This document shows, piece after piece, positions 53,838-64,000 of a DNA stretch of 64,000 nt. This DNA is from Podarcis muralis (taxonomy: Eukaryota), in assembly GCF_964188315.1 (NCBI RefSeq), contig NC_135663.1, forward strand, positions 24,924,001 through 24,988,000. The letters are read 5' to 3'. A program made the translations under genes and the position numbers. The notes beneath the pieces were generated by a model, which ran no database searches, was not told the DNA's origin, and worked only from the letters and a program-made list of their open reading frames with translations. Each line of letters starts with the position of its first letter. Positions within the stretch are counted from its first letter, which is position 1.

Positions 53838-56800
53838 ATGTTTTTGAATGATTCTGCTAACTTTTCGGAAAGTGAACATGAACCTCATTCGGCCTTTTCA
53901 CAGACTGAGCACAACATAGTTGCAGCTTATTTGATAACAGCAGGTATGAATGTTGATGGAATTTGTGGCAGGGGGATGAAAAACCAGGATTTAAGACTTG
54001 GAATAGAGGCATTCTGTGTTATTCAAGTGCAAAAAAAGCTGTTAATTGGTTTTTGTCCAGCATTTTCTAAAGATAGGGAAGTTTTAGAACAATCAAATGT
54101 GAAATGATAAAACTATGATCTTAAACAAGTATTGAACATGCACATTAAGGGTGCAATTCCCTATATGCATATATGTGGGTGGATGTGACTCGGATGGTAC
54201 ATGTTAACTTGCAAAAGAAATGTAATTTATTTAGATTTGTAAAATGATGTGTTTGTCACTGTTCTGGGAGCCATTTATCATAAAGATAGAAGGTTGGACC
54301 TGGACATAGTCTTGCTTAGAGTGGGCTAACTGAAATCGTGTAAGTCCCAATGGCCTCTGTTTGTCTACTGAACATTAATGGCTTTGTCTCCAACCTGTCG
54401 CTTTAAGGAATAAAAAGTATGCAGGGATATTGGCTCTCAGCCCTATGTTTGTTTCTCCATATGAAGTTCTTTGTTTGCTAGTTCTAGGCTGGAATGGTCT
54501 GAGAGCTCAGAGAGTTCACCCATTTTGCATTCCTCTCTGCCTTGTTCTTGGTTTTGGGGTCCTCTGCTGCAGCCACAAGTGGCAGCCAGTGAATGATTAA
54601 GCAATACAGCCTGAAAACTATCCTCAAGAAGCAAGTGGCTTGTTATTTCAACAGCTCTAACTCCACTCCCCATAGCAGTAGTTATGGAATATATTTTAAA
54701 AACAACATTGTGCATGGATTAGTCATAATTGATTTCCCCCTAATATAATCTTACATGCATTTTATGGGAGATGTTGGAATTGCTCGTGAGGAAAAAGCTC
54801 CCAACTATAGGTCCTTGTTTCAGCTATATGTTTTGTTGAAGACTTGTATCTATATTGGACACTCAGAAATAACATTTGGTCCCTAGATGTGCTCTAGGTC
54901 CGTAAAGGAGGTGGCCAGTGTGAGCAAGAATTCTCTTTAAAGATTGAGTAGCTTATTATGACATATACAACAAGCATTGCCATGCTTCTAAAGGAGCCTG
55001 TTGCATAGTCTCAAAAAGCCTAGAGCATCTCTATTTTGGCTCAAGCAGTGGCTGTACTGGGAGATCTGGAGAGCTGTTTTACGCAGCAAAGCAATGGAGG
55101 TGGTCATAGATGCAAAGGATACCTCCTGTCACCAGTATAAGATTCCACATTCTGTGAGTAGGTGGTGGTTTTACTATAGGTCGGGTATATTGCATTATCT
55201 TTTTTCAATTAAATATTTTTTTAGAAAAGTTTTAAAAAAGTCAAATTCTTACAGTGCTATATTTTTAAATGGATGCTTTTCATTATAGCAGTTGGATCAT
55301 AAATGCTTCAACCCATTTTGCTTAAAGATGTCACTCTCGGCCAGTCTTATCACGATAAATTGAGTCACAGTTTTCTTAGAGGCAAATCTTTTCCTTCTAA
55401 GGAAAGACTCACTGAGCAGTACAGTGGTACCTCAGGTTACATATGCTTCAGGTTACATACGCTTCAGGTTACACACTCCGCTAACCCAGAAATAGTACCT
55501 CGGGTTAAGAACTTTGCTTCAGGATGAGAACAGAAATCGTGTGGCGGCAGCAGAAGGCCCCATTAGCTAAAGTGGTGCTTCAGGTTAAGAACAGTTTCAG
55601 GTTAAGAACGGACCTCCGGAACGAATTAAGTACTTAACCTGAGGTACCACTGTATTGGCAATGTGACAGTGTAACAAATGCGATACCATCCGAGAGTTAA
55701 TCTTACTGCCAGAGTGCTCAAATTTTAGTCAGTATTACTTTTATATTCACAAACTGAACAAATGACAAAATTCTACAACTTTTCTGTTTAAATGCATTGC
55801 TACTTGAGTTTGTTTAGCAATAGGAATGCTGTGTCAGTATCTCAGCTCACAGTCAGAGGTAAACTGGCCTCACCCGGGGCGATTGAGTGAGATACTGTGT
55901 TTACCTTCCGTCTGCTACTCCCGGCAGGCTAGGTAATAATCCGGCGATTCTCCTCATTAGATGTGAAGAGAACACACCCTCTGCTTTTCTCTCCTTGCTT
56001 TCCCCCCCCAGGGAGGGGAAATGAGACAGACAGGAGTCTATTTTACATGACTTTTATTCCTGTCATTCAGCAGTACATAGAATCGTGACTGCACCCTTCA
56101 GACTCCATTAGAAGAGTCACAACTCCGCCCCTGCACTTCCAGCACAGGTCAGATGACACTCTGAGCTAACATCCGGTGCTCAGCACAGAGAAAAGACTCC
56201 CCCTTTTCTCCAACAGCACATCTCCAAACCACAACATCCTGTTTTGCTTTCCAGCCACCTGCAGCTGGCTTTTGCATTGCTGCTTTTATCCAACATGCTG
56301 AACATGTTCTGTTATCTTCTGGGCTTGTGTCTTATGTTACTTTGTGTAGGAGGAGAATATATATAGATACACTGAGTACCCACTGATGGTCTGACACCTT
56401 ATAATAAATAGTAGCGTATATGCTGATGAAGAAATAATGTTTTATTGTTGCTCTATTTGCTTCAGACTGTATTGCCTTAGACAAAAAAGCTTCAAAGAAA
56501 GCAAGGAGCTGTTTTCTGAAGTGCAGCTCTTTGATGCAAATTAGATGTCACCAACCTTTTTGGACCTGTGGGCACATAGTGATGCTTTGCTGATTCTTAC
56601 TGCTGAAAATAGGGCCTGGTGATCATAGAATTGTAGAGATGGAAGGGGCCTAAGAGTCATCTAGTCCAACCCTTGCAGAAATCTTTTTGCCCTACATAGG
56701 GCTCAAACCCATGACCCTGTGATCAAGAGTCTCATGCTCTACCGACTGAGCTATCCCACTGATGAACTTGTTATACTCTTTGATTGTGTTCCTAAAGGGT

Positions 56801-57683
56801 ATAGATTCAGTGATGGGATGGTTCCTGCTCACTGATTTGTACACAGGACCATGATTTATTTTCACTGCTTTGGATAAGCTGCAGGATCCAAATGCTTTTT
56901 AAAGGCAGCCCTATATAGAACATACTACAGTAATCCAGTCTTGAGGAAAGGAGGACATATGTTGGGTACAATATTGCTGAATGCATGAATAATTCTGAGT
57001 TGGAAAGGGTTGAGGTAAAGAAAACCATCCATTTTCAAAACAAACAAGAGCTTTGTATAAAAGCCTGCAACACAGCATTATAAGACTATATTAACATTAG
57101 CATACATTTCCAAGTTTTATAGAAATATTAAAAAAAAATGCCTTGCTGAGTTATGGATACCCTTAATAAATTAGCCATAATAGAGTTGTTGTTGTTTTCC
57201 AGAATGCCAATGTTAATTATTTGCTATTGTTTAGTTTCCCTTTTTGGTCTTTTAACAGGAGTCGTAAGTCTTCTGAGTAACATAGTGGTCCTAGGCATCT
57301 TTGTTAAGTATAAGGAACTTCGAACAGCAACCAATGCCATTATTATTAACCTGGCTTTCACTGACATTGGAGTGAGTGGGATTGGCTACCCCATGTCCGC
57401 AGCTTCAGATCTGCATGGAAGCTGGAAATTCGGCTATGCAGGCTGCCAGGTACTTAGAAATGAAAGACCAAAGCATGTTTGTGTTTATCCCTGTTCCAGT
57501 TGAAGTGCACATAAGGCCTTTGGTTGATTTGATTGACATCCTATGCCCTTTTAAAACGTGGGTTTTTGGGGGGAGGGGGGTGACTGGGTTGTTGTTTTTA
57601 TTTTGATTATATATTTTGTGGTTTTATATTTTTATTTTGTTTTCGAACTGCCCTGAGACCTCCGGGTATAATAGGGCGGTCGG

Positions 57684-57719
<36 letters not shown>

Positions 57720-60700
57720 TGAATGCATGTAAACAAGTGAGATGCATCTAGGCCATTCCTACAATTGCTCATGTTCCGTTCAGAGCACAAACAGTGATGC
57801 AGACCTAACATCCACTCCATATGTTACAGCAGAGGCAGTTATTATGGAGTAGGTCGTCCCTATTTTCAATGGAGAAATGTTGGAGGGTATGCATGCTCCC
57901 AAAGAGCGAATAGCTGATAAAATAGGCTCTAGAGAATTTAGTGAACAAAAGTTTATGTCACAATAAATCTGTTAGCTTTTCAGATAGCTCAAAGCTGTTT
58001 GCTATCGGCTAACCCCTCTGCAAGCTGGAAATGAGGCATTTCAGAATTGTAAATTAAAACACATACTAAATCGGGCTTGCCACTAGATGGCTGCCTAGAG
58101 TAGAACGTCTGACTCCTAGCACTGTCTAGCTATTCATAACATTTTTCAGCTGCGAAGACTATTAGGGGCAACAAATGGGCAGAAGACCTGGTGGGTAAGG
58201 GACCCAGCACAGGGGCAAAACACTTCACATGCCCCACAGGCCCCTCAGTGCCTCCAGCTAAAAGGATCAGGGAGTAGGTGAAAATAAAAAACTACTGCCA
58301 GCTGGAGCAGGAAACAGAGCTTGAGATGATGCCTTAGGCCAGAGGTTTTCAAACCTTTTGAGTCCACACCTCCTTTGACCAACTACGTTCTTTCTGTAGC
58401 CCCCCTGTGGAGCTCAGGAGCCCAGTTATGTCACCCCTTGTTCGGCAGCCTCTCATCCTTTTTGTCACCCCTTGTTCGGCAGCCTCTCATCCTTTTTCAA
58501 ACACCCTCCCTTGTGGAGTGTTCCCTCAGCCTCCTCTCCTCTCCCATCTCCTTGGGAGTCCTCCAGGCAGCCATCGCAGCCCCCCCCCCCCCCCCGGTCT
58601 CTGAAGCTCCTTAGCTCCTGGCAAACAGCATCCCTTGGCCAGCCACAGAGGCACCAATTGTCTGGGGAGCTTGTAACCAAGGCTGCTGCAACAAACAGCT
58701 GTGCAAGCCTTTGGGAGGCAGAGGCGCAAGAGGGAAACAGAGGAGGGAGGGAGGGAAGGAAGGAAGGAAGGAAGGGAGGAAGGAAAGAGGCCAGTGTTGC
58801 CGGTGGCACACTAGTTGTAAACCCACTGAGGCTGAGTCAGACCAGTGGTCCATTTTTCTCAGTATTATCTATGCTGGAATTGTAACATAGAAATGTCAGA
58901 TTAGTAAAAAATATACAGGAAATGGCAATTTATTTACCAGAAAAAACAGGGGGGGGGGAGTATATAGATAGCACCATCCACCTATAAAAAGTCACAGAAC
59001 AAATCTTCAATTTAGTCCACTCTGTTGGAGAGGATTCAGCAAATGGGGGTTTATCTCCATAGGTGGTGGAGCTGCAAGAAAGTTCAATCCTTTGGGGAAC
59101 TAATTATGAATGAAGTATATGTTGTTATAGGTCAAACAGTACCCTTTGGTCCCCAAATAGCATTGTTCAGCTTGTTTTAAAATACAGTGGTGCCTCGCAA
59201 GATGAAAATAATCCGTTCTGCGAGTCTCTTCGTCTAGCGGTTTTTTCGTCTTGCGAAGCAACCCTATTAGTGGCTAAGCGGATTAGCGCTATTAGCGGTT
59301 TAGCGGCTTAGTGGCTTAGCGGCTAAAAGCTATTAGTGGCTTAGCGGCTTAGAAAAAAGGGGGGGAAGCGAAAAAAAATCACAAGACTCGCAAGACGTTT
59401 TCGTCTTGCGAAGCAAGCCCATAGGGAAATTCGTCTTGTGAAGCGCATCGAAAAACGGATAACCCTTTCGTCTAGCGGGTTTTTCGTCTTGCGAGGCATT
59501 CGTCTTGCGGGGCACCACTGTATCTGATTTTTAAAACAAGCTGAACAAATAGCTCATGATTTAAAATAGCTAACGTAGACAACAGATAACAATGCTCAGC
59601 TAGCCAAAATCCAACACGGGAACTTCAGTGTTACATTTTTTAAAGCTAAACTTGATATTATTTGGGGTGGATTTATGTAACAATGCATAATAACTGCAAA
59701 AATAACAGTAACAAGGATCAGAGTTCAAAACCTTCGAAAACAATGACGCTTATTCCTTGAAAATGATTATATAATCTCTCCAATTTCAGATCTATGCTGC
59801 TTTAAATATCTTTTTTGGAATGGCAAGTATTGGTTTGCTTACTGTTGTTGCAATTGACCGTTACCTGACAATCTGCAAGCCACATATAGGTATGTTATAT
59901 TCTTGCACACAAAAAATGTAGTATATCACAACTTCTGTATAAAACACAATATAGGTTTTGGTTATATTTTATTGCCTAAACTCATGAACTGGTTTTGTAC
60001 GCAATCTGATTTTTCATGTAGACTTTTTGTTATAGATGCTTGAGTTGATTGTTGCTTACACATAGCAGGACCAGTTGAGCAAACAAATGCTACAGAGTTT
60101 TGCTATTTAAAGCACCAGCAGTTCTGTTTGCTTTCTTAGCGCTCTTTGGAAACTTTGTTACCCACACAGAGTTAACCAAGTCATATTTTAATAAGGTTTA
60201 TGAGATCCGGCACTTGAGAAATTGAAAGGGGTGAAGACGAAAGCAGACAATCTTGGTGACCAGTTTGCATGGGTAGGTGTGTGTGTAGAGGGAGATTCAA
60301 CTGTCATAAAACAAGATATAGGTAGGTAGCCTTGTTGGTCTGCTGTAGTGCTACTGGAAGGATTTTTTAAAATTTTGTTTTGTCAAAAATCAAGATAGGC
60401 TGCAGTGCAGCCACAAGACTCAGAGCACTGATAATGATGGTTTTGTGGGCAAAAGCACCATTTTAATATTTTACTTACATATCTTGCATTGGAGATCCAG
60501 CACTGAGCAACTTGGGATAGATTACCTTTCAGGTCTCTACTAACTCTAAAATCCTATGATTAGGCACACAATGAAGCTACCTTGCTGAACCTAATCCTAT
60601 GCATGCTGCCCTGAATTCCATCATGGGAGAAAGGTGTGATATAAATGAAAATAAAGTACAGGGGTAATCCTATTAGTGAAAGGTTCATGGTAGGTGTGGG

Positions 60701-63700
60701 GAATCTGTGACTCTCCAAATGCTGCTGGAGTGCATCTCCCATCATCCCTGAACATTGGCCATTCAGGCTGGGGCAGATGGGACTTAGCAGACCAACAGCA
60801 TCTTGTGGGCAGTGATAGGTTCCCTACACCTGGTTTGGGGGAATGGTCTTTTGTCATCTCTTGTCTTTTGGGGGCCAACTTTTGATTTCAAAAAGTTTGT
60901 TGATGGAATGAAATGCTTCCATTTCATTCACTGTATGAAGCCAATATATAATTTGGGTATTTATTTGTCTGAGGGCTTTCTTGTGTAGATCTACAATAAG
61001 TGTAGATTAACTTTGTATTTTTATGGGTTTATACAGTTTTGTTATCATTAAAGCACTGCGTTTACTTTAGTGTAAAATGTTATAAGCGACCAGGGAGAAT
61101 AAACAGAGCTATCATTGTTTTGTCTCCATAGGTAGTAGACTTACTGCTAACAACTACACAGTTCTGATTCTTGCTGCCTGGATCAACGCAGTCTTTTGGG
61201 CCTCAATGCCGATTGTGGGCTGGGCAAGCTACGCCCCAGATCCAACTGGAGCTACCTGTACAGTGAACTGGAGGAAAAACGATGCGTATGTTTTGACTTG
61301 TCGGGTAGTACGTGTGTGTTTGTTTGTTCGTAAATTTGTACTGGGCTTGTGTCAGTGCAGCCTCACCATAAAAGGTGGCAAATATTGAGATGTTGGTGGG
61401 GAGGAAAGATCTTCTAAAAAAGGCAAGAAAGGTTTCCAAACTCTGTTTTCTCCTCCAAGAATATAAAACATGGGAGATATATATATATATATAGATATAT
61501 AGATATAGTATTGATTTTATATTAAAATTATGTTTGATTATTTTGCTTTATATCGTAAATAAAAGTAAGGGGTTTTTATTTTATTAAAAAGCAAAATTTA
61601 AAGTCTTCATAGTGCACCATTAATAGATTGGAGTAAGAGACTCAAGAGAGTCTGACTCCCTAACTGTTGACAAGGGTAAACAAACCCTTGTGGGCAGTTG
61701 TGAAGGTCACAATCGTTTTTTATATTTACTCAGAAGTAAGTGCTACTGCAGGGGGACGCGGGTGGCGCTGTGGGTAAAAGCCTCAGCGCCTAGGGCTTGC
61801 CGATCGAAAGGTTGGCGGTTCGAATCCCCACGGCGGGGTGCGCTCCCGTTGCTTGGTCCCAGCGCCTGCCAACCTAGCAGTTCGAAAGCACCCCCAGGTG
61901 CAAGTAGATAAATAGGGACCGCTTACTAGCGGGAAGGTAAACGGCGTTTCCGTGTGCGGCTCTGGCTCGCCAGAGCAGCGATGTCACGCTGGCCACGTGA
62001 CCCGGAAGTGTCTCCGGACAGCGCTGGCCCCCGGCCTCTTGAGTGAGATGGGCGCACAACCCTAGAGTCTGTCAAGACTAGCCTGTATGGGCAGGGGTAC
62101 CTTTACCTTTACCTTTAAGTGCTACTGGGTTCAATGGGAAATACTCCCTATTAAGTGAGTATAGGATTTGAGGCTGTGTGTCTAAACTCAGCCAAAATGG
62201 AGCCACTATTGATGGGTACAGTTTTAAAAAACACTTTTAGAACATCTTGCACAGTACATAAAATGTTTCACTCTAATCTTACAGTTAAACCAGGATGAAA
62301 GGTGGTGTTTTCTAGTCATCATCTTCGTGTTTTCCCCACTTTCAGATCCTTTGTTTCTTTTACGATGTCTGTGATTGCCGTTAACTTTGTCATCCCGCTA
62401 TCGGTCATGTTTTACTGTTACTTCAATGTTTCGCGAACTATGAAGCGGTACGCCAGAAGCAGTTGCCTGGAGAGCATCAACATAGATTGGTCTGATCAAG
62501 TAGATGTAACAAAGGTATGGTCATTCTGGCAGAGCTCCCTTTTCTGTTTCAGTGGGGAGGAAATCAGTTTATTTTGCACGTTGAGGTGCTGAAGCAAATC
62601 ATCAGATCACAAGATGCTGCCTTAGACTGTATCAGACTATAGGTCCCTCAAGTTCATTGGATTGATTGGTTGTGGTTTCCCAGGGTTTTAGAAAGGGGGC
62701 TTCCCAGCCATACGTTCTGCATGAAAAGCCGTTGCTCTACCACTGAGCTACATATGTTCATGCCAAACACAAATACAATATCCTAGGGCACTGTTACCCA
62801 AACATGGGTCTCCTGCTGCTTTGGGACTACAATTCCCACCATCCCTGACCACTGGTCTTGCTAGTTAGGGATGACAGTAGTCCAAAAACACTGCACTAGG
62901 GGTTGCCGCCCCTGCTCATGTCGCTTGACAACTCTGCCACTCCTCGCCATCCACCTTGCCAAACCAAATTCCTTCCTTTTCACTTCACAAAACCCCCATA
63001 TCTTCACAGCTCCTTCAAGTCTCCCTCCTCCCACGTCCTCACATCTCCTCTGTGTCTCTCCATCCCTACTTTATTCCAACCTTAGATGGGCTTGTAACAA
63101 AAAAGGGAGACTGGATAGAATGAAGGTCTGAGGTAACGATCAAAGAGATGCTAGAACAGAACTGGAAATATTTTGGGGCATCACACTTTGTTCATTTTCC
63201 TTTACAGATGTCTGTTGTCATGATTTTAATGTTCCTGGTGGCGTGGTCACCATATTCTATCGTGTGTTTATGGTCTTCGTTTGGGGATCCCAGGAAAATT
63301 TCTCCTGCCATGGCAATTATAGCGCCATTATTTGCCAAGTCCTCCACATTCTATAATCCCTGTATTTATGTCATTGCGAACAAAAAGTAAGTGGTTCACT
63401 TCTACCACAACTTAAGAGGTGGATATTCTGTGGGGAGAGAATGTGTTATAATGAGTTCCGGTGTGATGCAGTGGTTAGACTCCTGGACTTGGATGGTGAA
63501 GCTCATGGGTGGCCTTGAGCCATTCACTTCTTGAAGGTGGAATTCTTGGAATTTGAGGGATTGGCACTGAATTCATGCATCCAACACTGAAAGGATTTCT
63601 CCCTCTTTCAGGTTTCGAAGGGCCATCTTTGCAATGGTCAGATGTCAAACACGGCAGGAGATCACAATCAACCATGTCTTCTTGCCAATGAGTGCATCTC

Positions 63701-63717
63701 AAAGCACAATTACCTAA
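53838..63717 (+). CDS. RRH: Peropsin (RPE-derived rhodopsin homolog), 7 exons, 334 aa
   Basis: join(53838..53943, 57259..57449, 59790..59889, 61132..61285, 62346..62514, 63208..63386, 63612..63717) = 1005 nt. FSQTEHNIVAAYL, DRY motif, WASYAPDPTGATC, retinal-binding Lys in FAKSSTFYNPCIY. Confidence 0.97.
55832..56218 (-). mobile_element. Possible solo LTR
   Basis: TG...CA ends and AATAAAA on the minus strand; no TSD identified. Confidence 0.35.
56622..56757 (-). mobile_element. tRNA-Lys-derived SINE with CR1-like tail; sisters near 32481-32600 (-) and 35373-35497 (+)
   Basis: Minus strand gggatagctcagtcggtagagcatgagactcttgatc resembles tRNA-Lys, followed by ggactagatgac..ccttcca..ctacaattctatgat. 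Confidence 0.7.
59185..59520 (-). mobile_element. Tc1/mariner-pogo-type MITE, sister of 19566-19992
   Basis: TA TSD; TIRs; shorter internal array. Confidence 0.9.
61753..62116 (+). mobile_element. Sauria SINE, full length (RRH intron 4)
   Basis: TSD aagtgctactg (61738-61748 and 62117-62127). Confidence 0.9.
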
Positions 63718-64000
63718 GGATGCTGATGGAAAGCATTGCCTCTATGTTTACTTGCTTGCCGAATCCCTGGAAAGAAGCAAGTCTGATCTGTTTTGCGGAT
63801 AGTTGTGTTACAAGGCCTTTGCTTACTTTCAAGTCATTTGACTCCATAGCTGGATCCTGTGGTAGCTATGATGGTAACAAGCACCATATATTTTATTCCC
63901 CGAGATGTACCAGGGTCCTGGCTGGCCCAGGCTGTATGGTTGCTGACCCCTGGTGCCAAGCTATCTGCTGCAGCATTGTATTAGCAAAAGGACCCTTGCG

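Noticed and set aside
56690-56757. tRNA-Lys-like sequence as a real tRNA gene
   Set aside because: Acceptor stem and T-arm are degenerate, it is fused to a CR1-like tail, and three decayed copies are present: a SINE head.

Overview
Vertebrate genomic DNA from a squamate reptile, probably a lacertid lizard (inferred from Sauria SINEs, a Bov-B 3' end and the MITE families). It holds the conserved synteny block CASP6(-, exons 1-4 only) - PLA2G12A(-) - CFI(-) - GAR1(+) - RRH(+). I mapped the exons by hand; splice phases are consistent and exon sizes largely match the human genes as I recall them. Introns and spacers are full of hAT MITEs (8-bp TSDs), Tc1/mariner-pogo MITEs (TA TSDs), SINEs and CR1/L2 fragments. 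Features the gene set does not explain: (1) an intronless DLGAP5/HURP retrocopy (13118-14752) with a 12-bp TSD, a poly(G) tail where poly(A) is expected, internal deletions and an open 305-aa N-terminal ORF; (2) a decayed genomic duplicate of CFI exon 10 plus flanking intron downstream of CFI, split by a hAT element; (3) an expanded array of phase-1 micro-exons in the CFI divergent segment, two of them from a visible tandem duplication; (4) a U12-type intron in GAR1; (5) a ~1-kb nested-palindrome MITE in a CFI intron. No databases or tools were used: gene identities rest on recalled protein sequences, and repeat boundaries without TSDs are approximate.
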